This document shows positions 1 through 13,600 of a stretch of DNA of 64,000 nucleotides, piece after piece. A program made the translations under genes and the position numbers. The stretch covers positions 74,462,001 to 74,526,000 of the forward strand of contig OX597831.1 of assembly GCA_951406725.2 (NCBI GenBank), given 5' to 3'. The notes beneath the pieces were generated by a model that was given only the letters and a program-made list of their open reading frames with translations, ran no database searches and was not told the DNA's origin. The stretch comes from Octopus vulgaris (Eukaryota). Within the stretch, counting starts at the first letter, position 1, and each line of letters opens with the position of its first letter.

Positions 1-542
1 TGACAGAAAGGGAAAGAGAGGAAGAAGAGGAAGTGGAGGGAGAAAGAAAGAATGAGACTACAGTGAGAGACAAAGAGAGAAAGTGAAAGTAGAAATTGGG
101 GGAAGTGGTTGTAAGTGTGGTGGTAATGTGCAAGGGGGGAGGGTATGTAGGGGTATTTCCTATTTATGGTGGAGTCTGTTTATTGTTATCAGTTTGGGAC
201 AAAGCCTTTTTTGATAACAATAACCAACTGATAACAAAAAGCAAATAGAGAGTTTGGACTCACTTATTCTGATAACACTGATAACCTTACCCATGATTAC
301 AATAACCAGCTTCCACTGTATTGGTTTCATTGCTTTCAAAGACGAGACAATAGCATCACCATCTTCAATTCCACCACCACCACCACCACCGTTGCTATGA
401 TCAGGTCAAACAAGGTCATGTATTTTAAGAACAGCTTTAGAACTTAGGGTGACAATGAACTTGATTGACCCGACACTATTTCCCAGCATGCTTTGGTTCC
501 TCCCCCAGTAACCACCTACACCACCACTCATTCAACATTACT

Positions 543-607
543 GTATGTGTGTGTGTGTGTGTGTGTATATATGTATGTATATATGTATATATATATATAT
601 GTATGTA

Positions 608-652
<45 letters not shown>

Positions 653-661
653 ATGTATGTA

Positions 662-703
<42 letters not shown>

Positions 704-725
704 CAGGAGGCTGAGAGAGAGAGAA
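543..725. repeat. Compound (TG)/(TA)/(GA) microsatellite (one of dozens)
   Basis: Direct inspection. Confidence 0.95.
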
Positions 726-1322
726 AGAAGGAGAAAGAGAAAGACAGAGAGATGACCACTCTCAGAACAATCCTTTTTTCTTGGACAAAATCCAAAAAGG
801 CATAATCACACATTCCTGATATTGTTGTTTAACACTAGGTCAGCCTTTATCAAGCCAGGCCGATGATGATAAAAGGCATTTCACCCATGGCCATCTTGTC
901 TTTCTGTTTATTTTTCTCTTGACATAATCTACCTTGGACATTGCCTAATGTGTCCTTCCTTTTAATAAGGCAACTGCATGAGATGAGGGACATCTAGCTG
1001 CTATTTCAGGCAGGTCAATTGAGAACATAGCGTACTCATTGATGCTGTGTTGTTATTATTGGGGTGGTGGTGAGGAAGATGAGGGGAAGGGATAGTGATG
1101 TTGGAGGGGGGTTGGGGTGGGGTTCTTTGACCAAAGCTAAGTTCCAAGTTCTGCTCAGTATTGTTGTTGTTGTTGTTGTTGTTCTTTGTGGATGTTCTGC
1201 AAGATTTCCTTTTCCGCAAACAACAAATTCCCAGCCATTCCGTTTGATTACACATATTTAATGAGTGGTCACTCACCCATCCACCCATTGATCAGTTCTC
1301 TTCTCTCCCTCCAAACAGACAT

Positions 1323-1367
<45 letters not shown>

Positions 1368-1388
1368 AACAGACACACACACACACAC

Positions 1389-1431
<43 letters not shown>

Positions 1432-1857
1432 TACACAAATATATATATAAATAGATACATATACAACCACGCATACACACACACACACACACATATACCT
1501 ACACATGCAAAGATACATACAAACTCATGCACAAATGCTTACACATACACACCCAAAAATACATACACATGTACAGACATATACTCATACATGCATACAT
1601 ATATCCACATATACAAACACACACATTCAGTCTACACATCCATCAAAAGGGTAGCCATTATCACCAATTACCTGGTGCAGCTAATGTTTCCTAAATATGT
1701 CATCCCAAATGTTAGCCACAGGTCAAGTGTAAAAGTACTTTGCATGTCTCACAATTACTGACCACAGATGACCACACACTGCCCAGGCTTGATTTCCCAC
1801 CACACACAACCTTTGCTCCTCTAACATAATTCTCACACATTAAGATGGAATACTCAC

Positions 1858-2002
1858 TCCAAGTCCGTACGATGTGATGTCCAAAGAATAGAAAAGTCCT
1901 GCGATTTCAGCATGGTAGGTGTACTCGTTGAGGGCATCGCGGAAGGCACTCAGAAACAGTACGGTCATATTGGTGTGAACGGGATCGACATTAGCGAGCA
2001 GA
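1858..2002 (-). CDS. IDE: IDE-like exon 18 (SLLANVDPVHTNMTVLFLSAFRDALNEYTYHAEIAGLFYSLDITSYGLG); gene continues off window
   Basis: ttccag| and |gtgagt; 145 nt; D.LNEY.Y.AE.AGL. Confidence 0.96.
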
Positions 2003-2129
2003 CTGGAATGATAAAAGGTGGGTGAAAGAGAGAGAAATGACAGCAGTCCTTAATATAACAAGACAGACATTTTATGGAAGAATAACAGATTTGGGAAACT
2101 AAAATAAGCAGAAATAACTTGATCTCTTA

Positions 2130-2860
2130 CTAGCAGTATCGCCCGGTGTTGCTGGGGTTTGTTTCGACCCTTTAGAATTGGAATTTTTGAAAAGTAAAAA
2201 TTTTGCATTATGTAGCTTGTTATTCTCTTTAAGTGAACATTTTTCTGGTTGAAATACACTGAAAAATGGTGACACAGCAGTCATAAAATCGTAAAAAAAT
2301 AGGGATTTTCATAAAAAAAAAAGCACTGTTTTGATGTAAATAATTTTTGGTGTTAACATGGTCCGATTTGAATTTTTTTCTTCTACGGAAGGGAGAGCAA
2401 GCCTTCTTCTATCATACTCTCAATTTTGGTCAACTTTGGACACAGCAATCAAAAAATCGTAAAAAATAGGGATTTTCATAGAAAAAAAGCACTGTTTTGA
2501 TGTAAATAATTTTTGGTGTTAACATGGTCCGATTTGAATTTTTTCTTCTACAGAAGGAAGAGCAAGCCTTCTTCTATCATACTCTCAATTTTGGTCAACT
2601 TTGGACACAGCAATCAAAAAATCGTAAAATATAGGGATTTTCATAGAAAAAAAGCACTGTTTTGATGTAAATAATTTTTGGTGTTAACATGGTCCGATTT
2701 GAATTTTTATCTTCTACGAAAGGGAGAGCAAGCCTTCTTCTATCATACTCTGAATTTTGGTCAACCTGTGCTGCAGGGTCTCGGAGGAGATAGTGTTAGT
2801 TGAAGGCTACCAAACCGGCCATACACTGAAGACAACTTCAGCTTTATATATAGAGAGAGA
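2130..2860 (-). mobile_element. Non-autonomous Helitron with three ~165-168-bp internal tandem repeats
   Basis: A|TC...hairpin-CTAG|T termini on the minus strand; repeat units start at 2271, 2439 and 2604. Confidence 0.75.
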
Positions 2861-3154
2861 TTTCAATTACAAGCGCTGCAGCAAAGCTCATCCTCCTCCT
2901 TTTAACATCCGCTTTTCCATGCTTGCAATGGGTGGAATCAGTTGAAGTTTTTGAATTTTTACGGCCAGGTGCTCTTGCTGTTGCTAACCCTTACCAAGTA
3001 ATATTTTCCCTCTTGACTGGATGTCTTTATGGAAGAATGAAAACAAGCAACATTGCCTGTATGACAGGGACACATGGTTACAGCTATCACAAAATGTCAA
3101 TACAAGGTAACACACACACACACATACTTGTGTGTGTTAGCATATATATATAAA

Positions 3155-3212
<58 letters not shown>

Positions 3213-3910
3213 CGTGCGTGTGTGTGTGTAAATCCTGTCGCCATGTTCAAATGGGATGGATTTTCTCCAATAGCAAATGTCACCATTTGTTTCAATCCTT
3301 TGCCATCTCTTTTGCCAAGTCCACCCTCTCCAGATCAGCTTTTACACCACTTTGTTCCACATCGTCTTTAAGTCTCTTTCTTCCACTTCAAATGCTCAAA
3401 ACTTCATACAAGTGTCATCTTCCAAACACACCACACCACGCCCATATCGGTGCGTGTCTTCTCTCTTGCCCAACAACTGATTTCTCTTATGTTCACCTTT
3501 CTCTCAGCTCATTTCTGCTCCGTCGCTTCTGCCTGTTAACATTAAAACACCCCAACATGCTTGCTTCATTTCTATCAGACCGTCTTGATTTCACCCTCAC
3601 TGTGAAAGGCAGCTACATGATGGTTGATGGTAAGGAGATTGCATACAATAATCTCAAACTGATCCAACACATATTCACATGATGACTAAGGTGAACTTAG
3701 ACATTATATAGAAAATAGTGTTGTCATAGTTACAGTTAGGTGAACTGAGGTATTGAGTGTTGCATGATGTATGCTATTTATAACTTACAACACCACATAG
3801 CCCAACCCAGTGTAGCTACCATTTCTAGCTGAGATGTGGCTGGTAATGCATGAAAGGGAGAGAGGTTCAATTTCAGAAAGAAAGAAAAAGTAAGAAGATC
3901 AATGACATAC

Positions 3911-3993
3911 CTTCGGAATTCAAAACTGAGGTAGGCTTTAGGGAGCAGGAACTTGTCATCTTGTTTGAACCATAACCGTGACATTGTTGAATC
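3911..3993 (-). CDS. IDE: IDE-like exon 17 (DSTMSRLWFKQDDKFLLPKAYLSFEFR)
   Basis: ctcag| and |gtatgt; 83 nt. Confidence 0.97.
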
Positions 3994-6465
3994 CTGAGAG
4001 AGGAAGAGAAAGAGAGAGTGAAGGAAGAGGACAAGAGGAGGAGGAGAAAAAAAATGAAGAGGAGAAGAGGAGGAGATAGATTTCTGTTAATTGTTAGTTG
4101 ACAGGTGGAGGTTGTTTACCTTTATCAACAAGAAGATAAAAGGTGTTATTTGGCCACACTAACAACAAGGTGTACAAGTATTGAATATTTACTTCACGAT
4201 TTTCCTCCTCACTGTTTTAGCAAGAAATTTGTGATTTGCTGAAAGAAATCCAATGAATCCAAAAAAAAACAAAACCGGTTGCCAAGAGCCGTCTCTCTTA
4301 TATAACACTATTATGTCAAAATGTCAAAACAAAAAAAAATTATATTCAATGACGAATAGTCTTTTTTTTTTTTTGTTGCCTTCACTACATAGGTTATTTC
4401 TAATTTGCTGAATCTCTGTTTATTAAATAAATAATTCAACATTAACTTTTGTACCATATTTGATGGATTATAAGGGGCAATTCCCCACCCCTCCATGATA
4501 AATGTCTCAAAAGAAAATCTCCCAGATTCCTCTTTGCAAAGTTGATTTAATAGCAAAACCATCTTTCTTAACGAAGCCCTGCTGAAAGTGAAGTGCACCT
4601 AAAGAGCATCCAATGAGCCCATGCATCTTTCTGTGCATTCTTTTTGCCATCATGTGCCAGTGGCACGTAAAAAGCACCCACTACACTCTTGGAGTGGTTG
4701 GTGTTAGGAAGGGCATCCAGCTGTAGAAATACTACCAGATCAAGATTGGAGCCTGGTGCGGCCGTCTGGTTCGCCAGCGCTCAGTCAAATCATCCAACCC
4801 ATGCTAGCATGGAAAGCAGACGTTAAACAATGATGATGATGATCATCATATACAGTGCATGTATTCTCATCATTGGTTAAGTTAGTATTAACATAATTAA
4901 TGCAGGGAACAGTAATTAATTAATTAATTAATTAACCTTTTAAGCATTCAGATTACTTCTCCCTTGAATGTAATCCTTAATAATTCACATTGGTTTTCAA
5001 TTAGTCATGCATTACCTTGTAGCTTTGAGATTTCAATGATGCAGTTGTTCATTTTTAGAATGACATTGTAGGTTAGGTGTGAGAGGCTGGATCTGACCAA
5101 TTTGACCATAAAATAGGGAGACTGCTTGGGCTGGGTGCAGCTGGTTTAAATGCTAAACGGTTAAATAAACAAACATATAAGCAAAAGCTTGTCACTTCTG
5201 TCCTCTCACCATCTTGAAGTAAAAACTTAAGGGAACTGATCAGCCCTGCATGTACCCCTCATGCTCAATTTGTGCTCTTCACAGGTCACTCGGTGGTACA
5301 AACATCCCTCATTTTCACTTTCACTATTTACCCACCTCTTTTTTCTCTTCTCTTAACCACAAGGGGCTACACACACACAGAGAGGACAAACAAGGACAGA
5401 CACACAGATTAAGTCGATTACATCGACCCCAGGGTGTAACTGGTACTTAATTTATCGACCCCCGAAAGGATCAAGAGTAAAGTCGACCTCGGCGGAATTT
5501 GAACTCAGAATGTAATGACACACGAAATACGGCTACGCATTTCACCCGGCGTGCTAACGTTTCTGCCAGCTCGCTGCCTTTTTATTTACCCACCTCTTGC
5601 TATCCCTCATCCACTCACCCTTGTCCACTTTTGTGCTGGAGTCATACAAAAATACACCCAATACACTTCTGTGAAGTGGTTAGGGTTAGGAAGGGCCTCC
5701 AACAGTAAAAACTAAGCCAAAAGTAAGACATACGAGCAAAATGTGATTTTCCAACCTGTCTGGGAGAGTAGAAGTGACTTGTCCAACCCATGCCAGCATG
5801 GAAAGTGGACAAAAAGATAACGATGATGGTGTGTAATATTTATCTTAACACTTTCTCCAAGCAAGTATGGGAGATAACTTCAGGTAAGTTTTGGCTTTAT
5901 TCTGAACTCATCAGTCAAATATATAATCTTCGCCTTATTTGCCAAAGGAATGATGAGAGAAAACCAATGTCTAAATGCACCAGAGTGTACAGAGGTTGGC
6001 GGAGGAAAATATAGAATTCTTTATAGAATTAATAGCTCACAGACGCTGCCACAATGAAAACAGTTCAGTTAATATTAACACATTAAATATGTCCATACTA
6101 ACTTAACTATTGTTTTTCATGAGGATGGTGCCCCTGAATTATTCTACCCGATAACTTCTTTATAATCATGTTATTATACAATAATTATCCTTTCTATTAA
6201 AGGTACAGGGCTTGAGATTTTGAGGAAAGGGGTGAGCTGATTACACTGACCCCAGTGCTCAACTGGTACTTATTTCACTGACCCCCCACTGACCCCCATA
6301 AGGATAAAAGGCAAAGTTCTCCTTGGCAGAATTTGAACCCAGAACATAAACGCAGACGAAATGCTGCCTATCATTTTGCCTGGCATGCTAACGACTCTGC
6401 CAGCTTACAGTCTGCTGCTAAACAATAACAAAAAGGGGGCTGAAAATGACCAAAGAATTACTGAC

Positions 6466-6492
6466 CTTTATAATTTCTGGCAAAGGAGATGA
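6466..6492 (-). CDS. IDE: IDE-like exon 16, 27-nt microexon (SSPLPEIIK)
   Basis: Long U tract-cag| and |gtcagt; fills the ATPYPALIK gap exactly. Confidence 0.9.
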
Positions 6493-6944
6493 CTGAAAAA
6501 CAAAAATAAAAGTTTAAAAACCAATAAAAAAATTTCAAATAAAAAAAAAATCAAAATATACAATCAATATGGTGAATAAAAAGATACTCAGAGTATTGGT
6601 ATGCTCGAGTATTTAATATAACTGAGAGATACTTGTAAACCTCTTGTACTCATATACTGAGTACATCTACACATGATGGAGTGCTGCTATACTCTTGTAC
6701 TTACTCCCTGCCCTGAATGGCTCCTGTGCTGGTGGCACGTAAAAAGCACCCACTACACTGTCGGAGTGGTTGGCATTAGGAAGGGCATCCAGCTGCAGCA
6801 ACCTTGCCAGATCAGACTGGAGCCTGTCACAGCCTCCTGGTTTTGCCAGTCCTCAGTCAAACCGACCAACCCATACCAGCATGGAAAACGGACGTTAAAT
6901 GATGATGATGATTTACTCATGAAGCTGTAATATTCATATACTCA

Positions 6945-7355
6945 GGCGCAGGAGTGGCTGTGTGGTAAGTAGCTTGCTAACCAACCACATGGTTCCGGGT
7001 TCAGTCCCACTGCATGGCATCTTGGGCAAGTGTCTTCTACTATAGCCCTGGGCCGACCAATGCCTTGTGTGTGGATTTGGTAGACGGAAACTGAAAGAAG
7101 CCTGTCGTATATATTTATATATATATATATGTGTGTATGTGTGTGTGTTTGTGTGTCTGTGTTTGTCCCCCTAGCATTGCTTAACAACCGATGCTGGTGT
7201 GTTTACGTCCCCGTCACTTAGCGGTTCAGCAAAAGAGACCGATAGAATAATTACTGAGCTTACAAAGAATAAGTCCCGGGGTCGATTTGCTCGACTAAAG
7301 GCGGTGCTCCAGCATGGCCGCAGTCAAATGACTGAAAAGAGTAAAAGAGTAGAGA
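6945..7355 (+). mobile_element. tRNA-derived SINE family A (representative)
   Basis: GGCGCAGGAGTGGCTGTGTGG head with A/B boxes, internal (TA)(TG) tract, GTAAAAGA tail. Copies (+) at 25749, 31448, 39179, 41650, 57824; (-) at 17425, 19581, 30341, 40981, 62515. Confidence 0.9.
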
Positions 7356-7734
7356 GAGTATATATAACAGAAAGATACTCACAGAGCAGTTATACTCTAA
7401 ATATTTAACAGAGTTACTCTTCAGAGTGATACTCACAGAGCTGTTATGTTCATGTACACATCTTACAGGAGTGATCCTCATGTACTCCTGTACTCAATAT
7501 AGCAGAGAAACACTTTTAGATCCATTATACTCATGCACTCAGTGCAACAAATAGATACTCATAGGGCTTCTAAACTCATGTACTCAATACTTCTTATTCA
7601 TGTGCTCAATATATGGTCTCTCAAGCTGCTCCACTCAAGTACTCAGCCCGGCCCCACTCATCAGACTGAGAGTCACTCAAAGAGTTCTGTCTTATAAAAA
7701 CAATGTCTTGAAAGCAACTTCATAAAAGACTTAC

Positions 7735-7830
7735 ATCTTTCTCTCTTTTAAAGATTTCAAAATTGGTTGGAATAAATTCATTAGGGATTGGAAGTTGAAG
7801 GTTTTCATGCGTTTCACAGTTTCTCCATGT
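7735..7830 (-). CDS. IDE: IDE-like exon 15 (TWRNCETHENLQLPIPNEFIPTNFEIFKREKD), interdomain linker
   Basis: ttacag| and |gtaagt; 96 nt; NEFIPTNFEI. Confidence 0.95.
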
Positions 7831-8411
7831 CTGTAATGTAGAAAATGGTAAAAATTGATGCCAGACAAAGTTTAGAAATCACACTTAATGAGGGGACGAA
7901 AAAAAAAAAAGAACAAAAACGAACAATTTGTAGAGACTGTTTCTGTTTTGTTTATTCAAGTCTTCCAAAGGTGTAGATGTGACCATGTGGTAAGAAGCTG
8001 GCTTCCCAACCAAATGGTTCCAGGTTCAGTCCCACTGCATGGCAACTTGGGCAGGTTTCTTCTGCTATAGTCTTGGGATGACCAAAACCTTGTCAGTGGA
8101 TTTGGCAGAAGGAAAATGAAAGAAGCCCATCACCATCGCATGTGTCTCTGTGTGTGTGTGTGTGTCTGTCCTCCACAACCACTTGACACCAGTTATTGAT
8201 TTGCTTACATCCCTGTAACTTAGCGGTTCAGCAAAAGAAACTGATAGAATAAGTACCAGGCTTGAAAAAAAATAACAGTACTGGGGTCACTTCAGTTGAC
8301 TGAAAATTCCTCAAGGTGGTGCTCCAGTATGGCCGCAGTCTAATGACTGAAACAAGATGAAAGATAAAAGATCCTTGTGTGTGTGTGTTTAATTCACAAC
8401 TAAATACTAAC

Positions 8412-8514
8412 CTCCAAGACAGATTCTTCAATTTTTTCAACTTTATAGTCAGTGCCATAGTAATGTTCCTTCTGATCAGTTTTGCCATCAAATGATTTGG
8501 CAATGACAAAGATT
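8412..8514 (-). CDS. IDE: IDE-like exon 14 (IFVIAKSFDGKTDQKEHYYGTDYKVEKIEESVLE)
   Basis: Acceptor tttttgaag| (AAG), donor |gttagt; 103 nt; KSF.GKTD..E..YGT.Y. Confidence 0.93.
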
Positions 8515-8661
8515 CTTCAAAAAGAAACAGAGTTTGGAAATTAATGTCGGAAGAACGGCAGCAAAGAAAGAACGACAAAACCGGAACAGTAATAAAAAAC
8601 ATATTAAATAAAAAAAATTTAAAAAAAGAAAGAATTGTTTGATGTTCTCTAAGAAGAACTG

Positions 8662-9182
8662 CCGCTGCCACCTCCACCACCACCACCACCACCACCACTG
8701 CCACCACCACCTCCACTGCCACCACCACCATCACCACCACCACCTCCACTGCCACTACCACCACCACCACTGCCACCACCACCTCCACTACCACCACCAC
8801 TGCCACCACCACCACCACTTCCACCACCCATCCATCACTTCTATAACCATCAATGCCGCTGCCACCACCACTACCACCATCACCACCACCACCACCAATG
8901 CCACCACCACCACCACTGCCACCACCACCACCACTGCCACCACTACAACCACCACCACCACTACCATCACCACCACCACTACCACCACTGCCACCACTGC
9001 CACCACCACCTCCACCACCACCACTACCACCACTGCCACCACCACCAACACTGCCACCACCACTATCACCACCACTGCCACCACCACCACCACCACCACT
9101 GCCACCACCACCGCTATCATCCCCCCACCCCATCACTTCTACAACCACCAATGCCGCTGTCACTGCCATCACCACCACCACC
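8662..9182. repeat. Imperfect (CCA)n trinucleotide tract, ~520 bp
   Basis: Direct inspection; produces poly-Pro/His/Thr/Gly/Val ORFs in five frames. Confidence 0.95.
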
Positions 9183-10340
9183 TGGTGGCAATGACCTGTA
9201 ATAATTTTGAGCCTTAAGTCATTTAGGGTTACCACTATTAATTTTAGTCAACTTCCAATATGTGTCTGGCTGTTTAATGTATGAACCAATGAACTGTGGA
9301 TGGCTATGTCCACCTTGGTATAATTTGAAAGCAGAGTGCACAAGCACGAAACTCGATGCTTCCAGTCGCTTATTCGGGGCCACTCTGCTGTTTCTATCCT
9401 AACAACAATCCTTTATATCATAGGCAAAAGGCCTGAAATTCTGGGGGGGAGGAGACTTGGCAATTACATCAACCCCAGTAATACTACTACTACTACTACT
9501 AATAATAATAATTAATTCTTTTATTGGCCACAAGGGCTGACAAAAATGAATTATAACAAAAAAAGGGACAAAACAGGACGAAAGGTTACAAAGGGTTTTG
9601 TAATAATAATAATAATAATAATTTCTGATTTAGGCACAATTTTGAGGTAGAGGGAACACAAGTCGATTACATTGACCCCTGTACTTGACTGGTACTTTAT
9701 CAATCCCCAAAGGTGTGAAAAGCAAAAATGACCTCAACAGGATTTGAACTCAGAATGTGAAGAGTCAAAAGAAATACTGCAAAGCATTTTTATCAACGTT
9801 TTGCTGATTCTGTCAACTTGTCTATTTGTCGGGTGGAGGGTGTTAGTTGACTGAAACAACCCTAGTACATGACTGGTACTTTGTTGACTTCAAGATGGAT
9901 GAAAAGCCAAATTAACCTCGGCAGAATTTGAACTGAGAACATTGAGAGTCGGAAGAAATGTTGTAAGATAGTTTGTCTGAATCGATTCTGAGCAAACTGC
10001 AGCCTGCAAACCTTTCTGAAGCAGGCACTAAGGAAAGACAATTGCTTTGAGTTCTTCAGGTGGTGTGGCCCAGCTGACGAAGTGCCCCATGCGGCCTAAA
10101 TCTTGCAAAAGAGCTGCCCATGCACTCAGACAATTGTTCCATTCCAAGGACAAGGTTGTAAACACTGAAAAGTTTACACTGATGCTGTATAAAACCGAAG
10201 AGCAAATACTGGTATATATGTACTGTATTTAGGTCTGGTGATGTCCCAAAAGGAGGAGCATTACCTGGGGGCCAATCTCGGAACTCTACAGATCAAAGAT
10301 TACGCTGACTAACAAGAAAGAGCAAATAATCACAACTCAC

Positions 10341-10444
10341 CTGACGGTCTCAGGAATAAGCAGAGCCAGAATCTCGTTTATCAAGTCTGGACGATACTCA
10401 CGCCAGATATCCTCACCACACAAAACATCAGTCATTTCAAAAGT
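10341..10444 (-). CDS. IDE: IDE-like exon 13 (TFEMTDVLCGEDIWREYRPDLINEILALLIPETVR)
   Basis: cccgtag| and |gtgagt; 104 nt. Confidence 0.94.
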
Positions 10445-10613
10445 CTACGGGAAGAAATAACGGACAAAAGATTAAAATATTATTAAAATACATTAGCCGT
10501 TTCATAGAAATAATTGACTAAAGATTAAAGTGTTATTAAAGTATAAGAGATTATTAAAGATTAAAGTATTATGAAAATGTGCTTCACTTTGAGTGAAAGT
10601 GTGCACAGCTTAC

Positions 10614-10694
10614 CTGGAGATTGTCTGTCAAATGTACCACGTAATTACGAGGATTTTCTTTGTCTTTAAAGCGGAATGTCATGTTGCTGAGACT
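10614..10694 (-). CDS. IDE: IDE-like exon 12 (SLSNMTFRFKDKENPRNYVVHLTDNLQ)
   Basis: ttacag| and |gtaag; 81 nt; FRFKDKE.PR.Y. Confidence 0.96.
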
Positions 10695-12000
10695 CTGTAA
10701 CACAAAAATAAACATTTTAAATTATAGATACGGATATCTACAAGTTATTCAATCTAGCATAGAACAAGGCAACCCTTGTGGGGCTGGTGCTATCAAATTC
10801 TGTAAATTCTGTAAAGCGCTTCGTATTAGGAAGGGCAACCAGCTGTAGAAATCATAGAGGAAATGGAACACGGGAGCAAGATGAGGTCCTCCAACCTTGC
10901 TGCAACTCTCAATAAGAAATGATGCAGTCTGTGATGACCCATCCAACCCATGCCAGCATGGAAAAGCAAGCAAAGAAAAAAACATGATCATCACACACAC
11001 ACACACACATACACAGGTGCTAAATACAAGTGCTGGGCAAGGCAGTGTGGTTCACTTACTAACTGCACTTTCAGGTTCAGTCCCACTGCATGGCATTTTG
11101 GGTGTCTTCTACTGTAGCTCTGGCCTGGCCAAAGTCTTGCAAATGGATTTTGGTAAACGGAATCTGAAAGAAGCCCATCATGTGATGTACGTATGTGTGT
11201 ATGATAATTGTAAATGAGTGTCACCTTCATACAAGCAGTGTCCTTTGTTTCCAATTTCCCATGGAACATGTCTCGCCGTGAGGGAAAATAACCTTCCTTG
11301 TGAAAGGTAAGCGTTAGTGACAGGAAGGACATCCAGCAACTGAGAAGAAGCCTCAATGAATTCTGTCTGACCCATGCAAGCATAGAAAAGTGGACGCTAA
11401 AATGATGACGATGACAGTAACACACACAAATTTAATACAATATAGTAGCACACGGAGGTTTATATTCATTTTCCCCTGATAACATGATTTAATTTTCCTA
11501 TTTCCATCCTATTAAAACAAGAAGGTGTCATGGAGACAAACTCAGACAGAGTTACATGCCTTGTCTGGAACCCCTAGAGGGCAACTCCACTTACTAGAAA
11601 TAATAGTCAAACACCATCCGACAGTCTTAAAAAATGCAGAACACGTTGGATGACTCAACCTACTCCTCATCATCACCATTCGTTCTTGGTTTGGACAAAT
11701 CTGACTCCGTCTCGGCCCTTGTCATGGTCCCTAATCATTTGGCACTCACAGCAGAGATAAAGGGATCACTTTGTTATATCTGCATGTTTTTAAGACTGGA
11801 TCCTCTGCTGCCATCACCAAACCCCTTTACTCTACAAACTGGGAGCTTGTTACTTGAAATGTCTGCAAAGTTGTTGATATAAGACAGAAAGTGGTTAGGA
11901 CAGACAGCAATTTGGGGTTAGCAGGGTCCCTATTCTTAAAATGAAAGTACAACAACCCTTATCAATGTGACCTTGAAAGCTGAAATGAACAGAAACCAAC

Positions 12001-12092
12001 CTGAAATTCTTTAAATATCCACTCCTGGGGCCCTTCTTTGCGCAACATGTTCAGATACTGGAAGGTCAATGTGACGATGTCGTTGACATGAT
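12001..12092 (-). CDS. IDE: IDE-like exon 11 (DHVNDIVTLTFQYLNMLRKEGPQEWIFKEFQ)
   Basis: tttcag| and |gttgg; 92 nt. Confidence 0.95.
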
Positions 12093-12369
12093 CTGAAAGA
12101 CAAAGTAAAGGTGATCAAAATTTGAGCAAAGATCTAGAATAAAAGTCCCAGGTGCCTTAGGGTGATTTGTGTCAACAAAGATTATTTAAGCCTTTCACTG
12201 GAGAGAGGAAACTATTTTTAAAAACTTTCTATGCCAAACAGTTTGGCTTGAAATATTTAGTGGATTCTTGTCTTCTTGAGGCATATTAAAGCTTATCGGA
12301 ATTTACCAATTCTGTTTTGCAAATACAACACATTAGCATGGCTGCATCCCAACCACTGATACCAGTAAA

Positions 12370-13600
12370 ATAATAATTGGTATAAAAGATGGGCTACAGC
12401 AAATATTCTGCTCAATACCAGAGATTTGTTTGTCAGTGGTTTGACCTTAACCAGTTGAGCATGTCCCTTGGTGGCTGACAATATGGGTATCTTTCATCAC
12501 GAGCAGACGTAGAGGGGGAGCGTTATAGCCATATGTTGCGAGGAATTCTTTGGGGTTTCAATAATTCACCTCTGGAAACATGGGTATCTCATTCATCATC
12601 GTTAACCAAACCTTATTCAGGGTCCTTTTGAGTGGGATGGGCTACTCAACCAAAAGAAAGTTCTAACTGGGCCCCACTTGCAAGGTCATGCGGTTTATCT
12701 TGATATGAGATCACCATGTCACGCACATATGGTTGTAATGCATGTGCCTGGTTTACCCTTACCAGATGAGTAATCATGATGGGTATACTGGACTTCGTAT
12801 ATTTGTACCCCAGTGTTTCTTTGATGGCATGCGCTGCCCTCTCACTCAATAATAATAATAATAATAATAAATGCCCTGATGCAGTACCAGGCAGTGGCTC
12901 TCACTGCTTCTGATCTTAATTGATTGGAAGTGTTATCATGTACGTTGTTTTGTCTTGGTATAAAATATTCTGCTCAATACCACAGATTTGCTAGTCGGTT
13001 GCTTGACCGTAACAAGTTAAGCATGTCCCTTGGTGGCTGACGATATGTACAAATCTGATCACGAGCAGAAGTAGTGGGGGAGCATCATAGACGTGTGTTG
13101 AAAGGAATTCTTGGAGGTTTGGATAATTCACCTTTGGAAAGATGGGTGTTTCGTTCAACATCCTTAAACAACCCTTATTCAGGGACCTTTTGAGCAGGAT
13201 GAGCCACTCAGTCTCAAGACCGTTCTAATGGCGCCTTACCAGCAAGGTCATGTACTGTTTATCTTGATATGAGATCACCATGTCATACACATATGGTACT
13301 GATGCATGTGCTTAGTGTACCCTTATCAGACGGGTAGTCATGATGGGTATACTGGGCTTCGTATATTTGGACCCCAGTATCAATCACTTTGATGGTTTGT
13401 GTTGCTCTCTCACTCAATAATAACGGCAGAGCAGGCTCCAAAACAACTGCTCTATTGGGGACAGGTAGGATTTTGAGATTAGCGCTTGGGTGTTGAGTTT
13501 CCTCCACCATAAGTTAACATCCAAGTACCAAAGCTTATAATTTGCAGAATGAGACTGTGAGACCTCTCACAACAGGCCACTGTCCACTCTCACAAAATTA
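12370..13600 (+). mobile_element. Tandem (TAA)n-tailed retroposon 3' ends, the last with an R4/Dong-like ORF terminus
   Basis: Two related ~500-bp units, each ending CTCACTC(AAT)n (about 12870 and 13420), then KTTALLGTGRILRLALGC* at about 13440-13496. Confidence 0.6.

Noticed and set aside
465-1532. YIYI/CVCV/HTHT ORFs here and throughout
   Set aside because: Dinucleotide microsatellite artefacts
1672-1690. Possible 19-nt microexon (tttag|...|gtaat, minus strand), or an alternative copy of the last exon as in human 15a/15b
   Set aside because: Frame-shifting and no IDE similarity; no duplicate of the 145-nt exon is visible in the window
2271-2765. Regular repeats resembling a CRISPR array (also 56893-56996)
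   Set aside because: Head-to-tail tandem units without unique spacers; eukaryotic context
8228-9235. 335-aa Gly/Val-rich and overlapping His/Thr/Pro-rich ORFs
   Set aside because: Translations of a (CCA)n tract open in nearly all frames; the real exon here (8412-8514) is in another frame
9331-9388. GCAGAGTG/CACTCTGC-closed hairpin containing GAAAC
   Set aside because: No CUGANGA-like strand or consistent ribozyme fold on either strand
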